From positions 64,001-128,000 of the IMG/VR virus record IMGVR_UViG_3300001525_000092: 64,000 nt of DNA. One strand, 5' to 3'. Source of the DNA: a virus (taxonomy: Duplodnaviria > Caudoviricetes). The notes under the pieces were generated by a model. That model did not search any database. It was not told the DNA's origin and saw nothing but the letters and a program-made list of their open reading frames with translations. The translations under genes and the position numbers were made by a program. Below are positions 1 through 8,833 of this stretch, piece after piece. Each line of letters opens with the position of its first letter. The stretch's first letter is position 1.

Positions 1-1
1 C

Positions 2-820
2 AAGAATTGCCCAGTATTCAAGGCATGGAAGCAGTGCCACTTCTCTAAAGATGAGAAGATGCAGAAGCAAGCACTTCGCAAAGATCAAGGTGGACGTGGA
101 TTGTTTGACAAGCGTTATGCTCGTTATGCTTTGATTCAAGTAATCGAAGACAATAATCAGCCTAATCTCCAGGGTTCTTATATGTTCTGGAAGCTTCCGA
201 AAGCTATCTGGGAATCTATCAATGGAAAGATGGCACCAAGTCCAGAATCAAAGAAGGCTAGCATTCCAGTCATGGATTTCTTGTTTGGTCGTGCTATTGA
301 CTTGGAGGTGACACCTGGTCCTGATGATCCAAAAGCACCTGAGCGCAAGACACGTGAGATTAGCTATAACACATCTGAGTTGACCGATGATGTAGTTAGT
401 TGCACTAATCCAGATGGCAGTCCACTTCTCGATGATGAGCAGCAAGCTATCCTTGATCAGTATGTTGAAGAGATGACAAAGAAAGTATGGAAGCAGAAAG
501 ATCCGGCATTGCGTGCTACAGCCATTGCAGAAATCAATGCAGAAGAGAACACAAAGAAACTTCGTGCTCTGTATCGTGATGTGATCGAGAAGATCAAGAG
601 CTTTGCTCCGGACTTGATAAAGGAGCTCGGGTATCATGAGTGGTCCGATGATGTCAAAGCTCGTGTCAATGCATGGATCAATGTTGTTCTTGCTGGCAAT
701 GACCCAACAAATCCATTGCCATCATCAACTCCAGCTCCTGCATCAACTCCAGGTGACAACACTGCAACACCTGTGCAAGATGCAACTGCTCCTGACACAT
801 CAGATGACCTTCCATTCTAA
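2..820 (+). CDS. Single-stranded DNA-binding protein, T4 gp32-like (5' end outside window)
   Basis: Frame open from base 2 (KNCPVF..); gp32-like segment RYALIQVIEDNNQPNLQG..FLFGRAIDLEV; acidic C-terminal DDLPF tail typical of SSBs. Confidence 0.75.
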   Translation, partial: KNCPVFKAWKQCHFSKDEKMQKQALRKDQGGRGLFDKRYARYALIQVIEDNNQPNLQGSYMFWKLPKAIWESINGKMAPSPESKKASIPVMDFLFGRAIDLEVTPGPDDPKAPERKTREISYNTSELTDDVVSCTNPDGSPLLDDEQQAILDQYVEEMTKKVWKQKDPALRATAIAEINAEENTKKLRALYRDVIEKIKSFAPDLIKELGYHEWSDDVKARVNAWINVVLAGNDPTNPLPSSTPAPASTPGDNTATPVQDATAPDTSDDLPF

Positions 821-849
821 AACCAAAATAGAAAGGAATATTGCATATA

Positions 850-883
850 AGAGGAAATTCGAAAGAGTTTCCTCTTTTTTTTT
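850..883 (+). terminator. Intrinsic terminator after SSB
   Basis: AGAGGAAAtTC-GAAA-GAgTTTCCTCT stem-loop followed by a long T run. Confidence 0.8.
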
Positions 884-952
884 GATTAATATATTTTTAA
901 AATTTTAAGATTAATCTATGTGTTGACTATAGTTAACAGCATCAAAAAAAGA

Positions 953-980
953 TTGAAATTTAGTTCAACTTTCCTATATT
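953..980 (+). promoter_or_regulatory. Class A phage promoter TTGAAA-N16-TATATT
   Basis: Same bipartite motif and spacing recurs upstream of at least 10 operons. Confidence 0.7.
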
Positions 981-1017
981 AAGATTGTAAAATTAATAAC
1001 TTAATTATTTTGATAAT

Positions 1018-1218
1018 ATGAATGTAGTAATGATGAATTGCATGATTGTCAACACAATCAATAGCATAAATAGATACAATGGAACTTCTTCTTATCCTAA
1101 CACAATGAAGAACAATGTAGTTAGAAAAGTTAGAAATGGAATGACATTAGAAGAAGTGAATCATAGCAGAAGACTTCGCGGACTTAAAGAATTTACAGAA
1201 GATGAATGGAACAACTAA
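1018..1218 (+). CDS. Hypothetical protein
   Basis: ORF directly after class A promoter, overlapping the next gene. Confidence 0.55.
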   Translation: MNVVMMNCMIVNTINSINRYNGTSSYPNTMKNNVVRKVRNGMTLEEVNHSRRLRGLKEFTEDEWNN

Positions 1219-1993
1219 AATAAAGAACAAGATCCCATTGATTATATTTGGTTGCTCATTGCTAGGAGGATTGTCTGGAACTATACCTCCTATGTTGACA
1301 AAAGCAAAGAGTGTACAAGAGATGAGTGCAGACACTACCACTTGGAAGTCAATAAAGCTTGTCTCTACTATAAGAGATACTCTCACTATAGAAGAAAGAG
1401 TACAGAAGATAGAAGAGATGATGAGTGTAGACATGAACTTGATGACAGAGAAGACTTATACTTCTACTTCTCATACTTCTTCTACTTCTTTATATACTTA
1501 TGAGAATGCTAGAAGTAGTAGTAGAGGAAGAGAGTTCATCAAGCAGTATGAGTCTCTATTACTCAAAGCATACAAGCTCAAAGGAGAAAAGAGATATACT
1601 ATAGGATATGGACATGTCATATATGAAAATGACATTCCGCATTCTATCACAAAGTCTTATGCTGACAAGCTATTTGAGAGAGACATGAACAAGTTTGATG
1701 CATCTGTCAGAACTATGTTGTCTGAGCTTGACCATCGTTTCTTGTACACACAGGGTTTCGTTGATGGACTTGTCTCATTGACATACAATTGTGGACCTGA
1801 TGGTGTGAGAAAGACAAGGTTCTGGAAGAGAATGAAAGCATGCAGATATGACAAGAAGACTAAGTCAATCAACAAGCAAGACTTGATCTATGCCATAGAA
1901 GCAGTGAAGACTGCAAACATCTCTTCTATATATAAGAATGGTCATCAGAACAGAAGAAAGAAAGAGCACAACACTATGTTAGCAGAAGTTTAA
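1202..1993 (+). CDS. GH24 phage lysozyme with N-terminal hydrophobic (signal/SAR-like) segment
   Basis: FIKQYE..LKAY..TIGYGH, DGLVSLTYNCG and C-terminal RR..E motifs; N-terminal IPLIIFGCSLLGGLSG. Confidence 0.85.
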   Translation: MNGTTKIKNKIPLIIFGCSLLGGLSGTIPPMLTKAKSVQEMSADTTTWKSIKLVSTIRDTLTIEERVQKIEEMMSVDMNLMTEKTYTSTSHTSSTSLYTYENARSSSRGREFIKQYESLLLKAYKLKGEKRYTIGYGHVIYENDIPHSITKSYADKLFERDMNKFDASVRTMLSELDHRFLYTQGFVDGLVSLTYNCGPDGVRKTRFWKRMKACRYDKKTKSINKQDLIYAIEAVKTANISSIYKNGHQNRRKKEHNTMLAEV

Positions 1994-2005
1994 CTTATAA
2001 ATATT

Positions 2006-2539
2006 TTGATAATCATGAAGAAAGTAACTAAAATTTCATTGACATGTGCAATAGTTGCATTTACCATCACATTCGTCGGAATGAACATCATCATTCGTTC
2101 TTGCAATGATAGCAACAAAGACAAGATTGAAGTAGTAGGTGACACTGTCTCATCTGAAGGAAAGGTGATGGAGTTTGAGTACCAGAATCACAAGTTCATC
2201 AATATAGTGAAGATGAATGATGACAAAGAAGAAAGCTTTGTAGTTCATGATCCTAACTGCAAGTGTATGACTAAGAAGCTCAACAATATCACTACTGTCA
2301 TCACTAACACTGACAATCATAACACTTATAAGTCTGATTCTATATCTAAAGCTAACTTTAGAGTGATCATAAGTAAGTTGAGTCAATTGTCAAGTGACAA
2401 TGCAATGATAGCAAAAGAAGTCAAGACACTTAGAACTGAAGTTGCTATGCTCAAGAAGATGAAGACAAATCCAGTCTGGAAGGTGCCAGTCAAAGCAACA
2501 AGTAAACCTACTAAGAAAGCACCTTCTAAGAAGAAGTAG
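2006..2539 (+). CDS. Membrane-anchored protein with C-terminal coiled coil (possible spanin-like lysis protein)
   Basis: N-terminal TM, heptad segment IAKEVKTLRTEVAMLKK, follows the lysozyme. Confidence 0.4.
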   Translation: MIIMKKVTKISLTCAIVAFTITFVGMNIIIRSCNDSNKDKIEVVGDTVSSEGKVMEFEYQNHKFINIVKMNDDKEESFVVHDPNCKCMTKKLNNITTVITNTDNHNTYKSDSISKANFRVIISKLSQLSSDNAMIAKEVKTLRTEVAMLKKMKTNPVWKVPVKATSKPTKKAPSKKK

Positions 2540-2542
2540 ATA

Positions 2543-2644
2543 GAATGCCGCCAGGAGTCGCCGGGCGGCGCCCGGCGGCCGCGAAATAGCTCGAGATATA
2601 AATTATATTAGGGCAACATTTTCAAGGCCGCCAGCGGCAAATTT
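2543..2644 (+). repeat. Dispersed GC-rich ~100-bp element, copy 1
   Basis: ATGCCGCCAGGAGTCGC..GGCGGCCGCGAAAT..TATAAATTATA..TTTCAAGGCCGCCAGCG.CAAATTT; four other copies in window. Confidence 0.95.
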
Positions 2645-2704
2645 AGACTTGTCTCTTGAACAGAGCCAAGCGATGTTCATTAACACTTGTTTATAAATTA
2701 GATT

Positions 2705-2732
2705 TTGAAATTTCTAAGCTTTGTTCTATATT
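2705..2732 (+). promoter_or_regulatory. Class A promoter TTGAAA-N16-TATATT
   Basis: Consensus match upstream of 2757 gene. Confidence 0.7.
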
Positions 2733-2756
2733 CTTTATGCAAAACATAAAGATTAT

Positions 2757-2948
2757 ATGAATATGGAAATTATTGGTTTGTTGCTTAGTGGAATAGTTAT
2801 ATTGATAGTAGCATTTGTATGCATATTTCTGCTTAAGTTTGTCTTTGGTGGAATATGGTACATGTTCACATATGTCATTCACTTTTTCTTAGCTTGTGGA
2901 TGGTGGATCTTTCTCATCATCATTGCTTTGTACTTGTTCTTTTGTTAA
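2757..2948 (+). CDS. Small membrane protein
   Basis: Two hydrophobic segments; ATG downstream of promoter preferred over the 2721 start. Confidence 0.6.
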   Translation: MNMEIIGLLLSGIVILIVAFVCIFLLKFVFGGIWYMFTYVIHFFLACGWWIFLIIIALYLFFC

Positions 2949-2964
2949 TTCGTTAATTTGATAT

Positions 2965-3219
2965 ATGATGGTAGATAAAGAAGCAGAGAAGTTCTGGTTA
3001 CAGAACAGAGACAAGAAGATGTTCAAGGTACATGTTGACATCACCATCCATGGACAGTTCACTAGTAGAGTGATACCTATGAGCATCAAGGTTCTTGCAG
3101 ATACTGAGCAAGAAGCTAAGAACATTGCAAGACATGTGAAGATATCTAATGTGTCTGTTCAAGATGCTAAGTTAGAGTTTGACTTTGGAAAATATGAGAG
3201 AGAACATAGAGACATCTAG
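2965..3219 (+). CDS. Hypothetical protein
   Basis: Operon-packed ORF with genome-typical codon usage. Confidence 0.6.
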   Translation: MMVDKEAEKFWLQNRDKKMFKVHVDITIHGQFTSRVIPMSIKVLADTEQEAKNIARHVKISNVSVQDAKLEFDFGKYEREHRDI

Positions 3220-3484
3220 CATTAGACTGAAAGGAACAAAGTATGACTGGATAGCTACACTGCACATAGCAGTAGTAGTCTTTTCATACTTGTATGCATG
3301 GAATGCATGTCTAGCAGAATGGATCATGCCTAATCAGAGAGACAATGATTTGTTTGACATCTTCTTCTGTGGATGCTTAGGTATCATGTTGTTCTTTGCT
3401 TGGTTTGTGTTAGTAGGAGCATTGTCAGGAATGTTCTTGACTTTTGAGTGGTGTGACAAGAAATTGAATGAGACAAGATGGTGA
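3179..3484 (+). CDS. Hypothetical membrane protein
   Basis: Two TM segments; start uncertain. Confidence 0.55.
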   Translation: MTLENMRENIETSSIRLKGTKYDWIATLHIAVVVFSYLYAWNACLAEWIMPNQRDNDLFDIFFCGCLGIMLFFAWFVLVGALSGMFLTFEWCDKKLNETRW

Positions 3485-3699
3485 GCAATTTTAGAATGTT
3501 TGGATATGACAACAACCCTATCGGTGTCTTGTCATGGTATGTGATATGTCAAGTGGTAGCTTACATCATATTGATGACTAATGAGTTCAAAGGAATAGAA
3601 TGCTTGCATGCAACATTTGGATTGTGTGCAATGTTCCAGTTTACCATACATCTAGTGTTTGTGTTAGGATATGTCATAGCTACAGGAGAAGATGACTAA
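3478..3699 (+). CDS. Hypothetical membrane protein
   Basis: Two TM segments. Confidence 0.55.
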   Translation: MVSNFRMFGYDNNPIGVLSWYVICQVVAYIILMTNEFKGIECLHATFGLCAMFQFTIHLVFVLGYVIATGEDD

Positions 3700-3726
3700 T
3701 CATTAATTAATAGCTTATATGATAGA

Positions 3727-4758
3727 ATGGAGAAAGTAGAAAATAAGAAGTTCTTGATAGTGTATCACAAAGATGACAATGACGGAGTGTTCTCTGCAGC
3801 CTTAGTCATTTGGAATCTGTTCCATAACATGAATGGAATAGAATGGAAAGACATTGACCTCTTGCCTGCAGACTATGTCATCTTGTCAGACAAGTGGAAG
3901 TCTGGCGATGTGAGAAAATGGAAAGATGCATACGAGCACGTAATCATCACTGATGTGTCATTCAATGACTGGAAGGCAATGAAGTTCTTGCATGATGAGT
4001 TTGGTAACAACTTCACGTGGATAGACCATCATGCACCTATCATCAAAGAGAGTTTCAAGCATCACTTTGACAAAGCAAATGGAATTCGTGACACTCACAA
4101 GTCAGCTATCTTGCTTGCTTATGAGTATATGATAGATCCATTGAATGTGAAGCTTGACAAAGGAATAGAACCAAAAGTTCTTGGTGCACTGTCTGCTTAT
4201 GATTGCTGGAACTGGGATGGTCTTGGATATGATGGAGAAGAGTGCAAGACTATCAATGTTGCTGTCAATGTTCTTGTCAAGCTAGACATCATCAAAGCAC
4301 TTGGATTGATAGATGAGTGCATGAATTCTGATGGTTCTGGTTCTAACAAAGACAGAAACTGGTATAGTGACTTATTAATCAAAGGACATGAGTACAGAGC
4401 ATATCAAGTATATGAGTGGCAGAACTTGATGAAGATATCAGACAAGAACTGGTTAGTTACAGATCCAGACAATGGTACTGAGAGAACTGCTGCAGCTATC
4501 TTCTACAATGGACCTACTAATAGCATGATGTTCGAGAGCATCAAAGATGAAGTCCAGTGTGGCATTGTGTTCAAAGTAGACACTACTACTAACATCTGTA
4601 CTGTCTCTTTATATAACACTAAAGATGAGTATGCAGAAGAGTTTGACTGTGGTAAGTTTGCTAAAGAAGTGTACTCCGGTGGTGGACACTATGGAGCTAG
4701 CGGGTTTAATATTAGTTTAACAAAACTTAATAAGTTATTAAAATATAAGACATTATGA
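3727..4758 (+). CDS. DHH/DHHA1 phosphoesterase (nanoRNase-like)
   Basis: YH.DDNDG, ITD, WIDHH, and C-terminal GGGH.GASG motifs. Confidence 0.85.
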   Translation: MEKVENKKFLIVYHKDDNDGVFSAALVIWNLFHNMNGIEWKDIDLLPADYVILSDKWKSGDVRKWKDAYEHVIITDVSFNDWKAMKFLHDEFGNNFTWIDHHAPIIKESFKHHFDKANGIRDTHKSAILLAYEYMIDPLNVKLDKGIEPKVLGALSAYDCWNWDGLGYDGEECKTINVAVNVLVKLDIIKALGLIDECMNSDGSGSNKDRNWYSDLLIKGHEYRAYQVYEWQNLMKISDKNWLVTDPDNGTERTAAAIFYNGPTNSMMFESIKDEVQCGIVFKVDTTTNICTVSLYNTKDEYAEEFDCGKFAKEVYSGGGHYGASGFNISLTKLNKLLKYKTL

Positions 4759-4889
4759 TGATAGTAGAAATTAACTTGGTTGCGTTGATTGCTCTTTGTG
4801 GATTAGTAGGACTAGGATTTGGTCTTGCTATGTCATACAAGAAAGAATCAGACATGTGGAAAGACATAGTCATGAACAAAAGAAAGTGA
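4755..4889 (+). CDS. Small single-TM protein (44 aa, not in ORF track)
   Basis: MMIVEINLVALIALCGLVGLGFGLAMSYKKE..; ATGA overlap with the DHH gene stop. Confidence 0.55.
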   Translation: MMIVEINLVALIALCGLVGLGFGLAMSYKKESDMWKDIVMNKRK

Positions 4890-4952
4890 TGAGACAATTT
4901 TTAACTATGACTGAGTTGCTCAGTCAGCTAAATACATAGATCTTTGAAATAT

Positions 4953-7355
4953 ATGAAAGTACGTAAGAGAGATGGTAAAGTCCAGGGCTTTGACTTGAAC
5001 AAGCCAATCAGAGCACTTGAGAAAGTGTACAAGAATGGAGTGAGAGAAGAAGTTCCAGATGGACTGGAGATGAAGTTTACAGAAGCCATCAATGCATGGT
5101 TGTCAACAATGAAAGAAGATGTTGTTGACATTGAGACTATCCAAGACTTCTTGAGAGACTTTCTCATGTCTGAAGGAGAGAGCAAAGCTGCAGAGCAGTT
5201 CATCTTGTACAGAGAAGAGAGGTCTAACTATCGAGAGTCAAACACTAAGCTAGCTAAGAACATTGCAACAAAGCTTTATGCTAAGAATGTTGTCAATCAG
5301 AATGCTAACTTAGATGAGAATAGCTTTAGTGGACGCATTGGTGAAGCAGGAGCAGTTGTATGCAAAGACTTTGCATTGAAGAACAACATGTCTAAGATGG
5401 CAAGAAAGAATCATGAAGACAACATGATTTATCAACACGACCTCGACAAATATGCTAGTGGGATGCATAATTGTCTTACTGATCCGGTTGATGTTCTTCT
5501 AGAGCATGGAATAGCGTTGAAGCAATGTGACATTCGGTCAGCTAATTCATTGAACACTGCATTTCAGTTGCTAGCAGTCAACTTCCAAGTACAGTCACTA
5601 GAACAATTTGGCGGAATATCCGCATCACATCTTGACTGGACTATGGTGCCATATTTCAGAAAGAGCTTCTTCAAGCATTACAACAACTGGTGTGATGGAA
5701 TTCCGATGATGAAGTGGGCTAAGCCTAGCATAGACAAAGACAAGATAAAGCATGCACCAGTGAATGATTGTCAATATGTTGGATATGGATTATTAAAGCC
5801 ATTGAAGAAGATGATATGGAAGAGAGCATGGAACTCAACTATCAAAGAGTTGAATCAATCTGTTGAAGCGACTTTCCATAATCTCAATAGTCTCCAATCT
5901 CGCAGCGGTGCACAATTGCCATTCTCAAGCATCAACTATGGAACTTGCTTCCTTCCGGAAGGCAGAGCAATCATAAGAGCATTGATAGAAGGATCTATGA
6001 AAGGGACAGGTAAGAACCACCATACTGCTATCTTCCCATGTTGCATATTCCAGTACAGCAAAGACATACATGGAGACAAGAATCATCCTGGTCCTAACTA
6101 TGACTTGTTCAGGCTAGCGTGCAAGTGCACTGCAGAAAGGATATATCCAAACTATGCGAATGTTGATTGGTCTACTAACTTGAAAGGAAATGAGTTTGAT
6201 AGAGAACAAAAGAAGAAAGCACTAGACATGCTAGAGACATTCAGCTCACATGATTATGCTGCATTTGCTAATTGGTTGTATGAGCATCCTGACTATGAAG
6301 ACTATCTTTCATTAGATGGAATTTACGACAATAAGACAGATTGCTGGACAATCTATGTGAGACCTGCAAGTCAGTTCACAAGATACGAAGTCATGTCAAC
6401 TATGGGTTGTCGTACTTATAATGGTTATGACATCAATGCAGATGCTGAGTATTTCTTTGACATGTTCAAGAAGATAGCAGAGACTGGAAAAGTTCAAGAC
6501 AACTGGCTTCTCTCTGCTAATCAGAAAGATGGTAGAGGAAACATCTGTCCGGTGACTATCATCATGCCTACACTTGCTATGATGGCAAAGGAGTCTGGTA
6601 GCAAAGATGCAGTAGAGACATTCATGAAACTGCTTGACAAGAAGATACATGAGGCAAGAGAGATGCTTCTAGAGAGATTCACATTGATATGCAGTCAGAA
6701 TCCAAAGTCTGCACCATTCATGTGGACAAACAACACTATGGTTGGTTACATTCTTGGAGAAGGTCCAGTATCAGCAATGAAGCATGGAACTTTAGCTATT
6801 GGTCAGATTGGTCTAGCGGAGACATTGCAGATATTGATTGGGTGTGACCATACAGAACAGAGAGGTCTAGAGTTAGCAAAGAGAATTGAGAAGCTTTACA
6901 ATGATAGATGTGCGGAGTTCAAGAAGAACGACAAGCTCAACTTTGGTGTCTATTATACTCCAGCCGAAGGTCTTTGTCATACTTCAATGAAGAAGTTCAA
7001 AGCAAAGTATGGTACTATTCCTCATGTGTCTGATCATGAATTCTTCACTAACTCTATGCATGTCCCTGTATATGACAATGTAGATTGCTTCAAGAAGATT
7101 GACATTGAGAGTCAATTGACTGGATATAGCAATGCTGGTTGCATCACTTATGTAGAGCTTCCTGCTAATGCTATCAACAACATTGATGCTATAGAAGAGT
7201 TAGTTGTCCACATGATGCAAAAGAACATCCCGTATGCAGCAATCAACTTCAAGCTGAATAGCTGCAATTCTTGTGGATATCATGGAATTGATGTGTTTGA
7301 TGAGTGTCCTAGATGTGGAAGTCATGACATCGAGCATCTGGCGAGAGTAACTGGT
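4953..7355 (+). CDS. nrdD: Anaerobic ribonucleotide reductase NrdD, exon 1
   Basis: ATP-cone (VRKRDG), QNAN, MGCRT active-site loop, YYTPAEGL, Zn-site CxxC..CPxC; ends at RVTG before the intron. Confidence 0.95.
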
Positions 7356-7634
7356 TAGTAAAATAGCCGTTTTGGATAGTGATGTCCATCATTATTACTG
7401 GTCAAAATCGGTGGAGGACAATGATATATTGTCATTGCTTGATACCGAGATAAACTTATTAGTAAAGATAATAAGTCATTGTAACGCGTAGGAATTGAAC
7501 CTCAATAAAGAGAATAAAATATTCCCAAGAGTGACCGGCTCTAATATATTATCTTATATTAGATGAATATGTACGCTGAGCTCCTGGTGACAGAGAGAAG
7601 AACTTGATAAAAAACTAGTTCGATAACAAAACTG
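7356..7634 (+). mobile_element. Group I intron without ORF (279 nt) in nrdD
   Basis: Exon ends in U and intron ends in G; P1 GGU|UA..UAGCC with U-G wobble at the 5' splice site; removal restores RVTG-YLS. Confidence 0.85.
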
Positions 7635-7724
7635 TATTTATCAACAGATGTTTCAAACATGAATGAAGGTAAACAAGCTGAAGTACATCATAGAATAGAA
7701 CATGTAAATCAGACATTGATATAA
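7635..7724 (+). CDS. nrdD: NrdD exon 2
   Basis: YLSTDVSNMNEGKQAEVHHRIEHVNQTLI* matches the conserved NrdD C-terminus (YL..N.GK..E...R..H). Confidence 0.9.
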   Translation, partial: YLSTDVSNMNEGKQAEVHHRIEHVNQTLI

Positions 7725-7734
7725 TAAAGATATG

Positions 7735-7763
7735 AACTGCACTTAAGTGCAGTTCTATTTTTT
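7735..7763 (+). terminator. Terminator after nrdD
   Basis: GAACTGCAC-TTAA-GTGCAGTTC palindrome plus T run. Confidence 0.75.
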
Positions 7764-7807
7764 ATATAAATATACGGTAACCGGATTAATCCAGTAATAC
7801 TAAACCA

Positions 7808-8830
7808 ATGAACTATAAGAAAATTTATGATAACTTAATTGAATTTTGTAAAAAAAGAAAAAATCCTTATAATGTATATATTGAGTTACATCATATAGTA
7901 CCTCAATCTTTAGGAGGATTATTAGATGAAGATAATTTAGTAGAATTGACATTAAGAGAACATTACTTTGCTCATGAATTACTAGTAAGAATTTATCCTA
8001 ACGAAAATAAGTTAAAATATGCGTTATGGATGATGACAGTTACTACTATGTCTGCTATAAAGTATAAGTCTTCACATAGAGGAAAAAGAATAAGTGACTT
8101 AAATGAGTTTGATAAAGAAATAACAATATCATCAAGACAATATGAATACGCAAAAGAACAATATGTTGTAGGCAAGTCAACAAAAGTCTATTCAAAAGAA
8201 GAAAGAAAAAATGTGAGTATTGGTACTATTAAAGGAATGAAAAGTAAAGAAGCAATACTTGCGTGTGCTAAAGGATCAAAAGGAACAAAATGGTATACAG
8301 ATAAAAAAACGGGACAAACTTATAAATGGTTTCCAAATGATCCAATGATAGATTTATCTAAATATGAATGGGGTAGAGGAAACTTTTTTACAAAAGAAAT
8401 GAAAGATAAAGTTTCAAGTGGACAAAAATATCCTAAGACATGGTATAAGTTAATTAATACTAATATAGTTGTATTATATCCAAATGATGCAATAAAAAAT
8501 TTGAATACAAATATTTGGGATATTACAAAACAATCAAATCAAACAACAAAAAATAATTCCATAAAAGAAGAACTTAATAAAATATTGAGAGAATTTAATA
8601 TTAAGACAGACTTTAAATATTACAGAGACTTAAATATCTATCAAAATAAAAGACTAGGAGTACACAGAAATCAAGTAGTTCCTGGAGTTTATGAAATTCT
8701 AAATAAAATAAATATTAAATCTAAACAAGAAGTTATTGAGAATAAAGACAAAATAATAAAAGAATTAATAAATAATATTAAGTATATATTAGAAACAAAT
8801 AAAAAATATCTTACTTATAAAGAATTGTAA
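7808..8830 (+). CDS. Free-standing HNH homing endonuclease (Mob-like) between nrdD and nrdG
   Basis: ELHHIVPQSLGG..DNLVELTLREHYFAH; markedly AT-rich codon usage. Confidence 0.85.
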   Translation: MNYKKIYDNLIEFCKKRKNPYNVYIELHHIVPQSLGGLLDEDNLVELTLREHYFAHELLVRIYPNENKLKYALWMMTVTTMSAIKYKSSHRGKRISDLNEFDKEITISSRQYEYAKEQYVVGKSTKVYSKEERKNVSIGTIKGMKSKEAILACAKGSKGTKWYTDKKTGQTYKWFPNDPMIDLSKYEWGRGNFFTKEMKDKVSSGQKYPKTWYKLINTNIVVLYPNDAIKNLNTNIWDITKQSNQTTKNNSIKEELNKILREFNIKTDFKYYRDLNIYQNKRLGVHRNQVVPGVYEILNKINIKSKQEVIENKDKIIKELINNIKYILETNKKYLTYKEL

Positions 8831-8833
8831 AAC

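Noticed and set aside
2543-2644. GC-rich element as integron attC site or IS end
   Set aside because: No RYYYAAC/GTTRRRY boxes, no integrase or transposase nearby, no target-site duplication
7356-7361. Amber recoding (code 15, as in Lak phages) to explain the nrdD TAG
   Set aside because: TAG is followed at once by TAA; long genes are intact in code 11; TAG ends genes before terminators; no CTA or TCA anticodon tRNA is present
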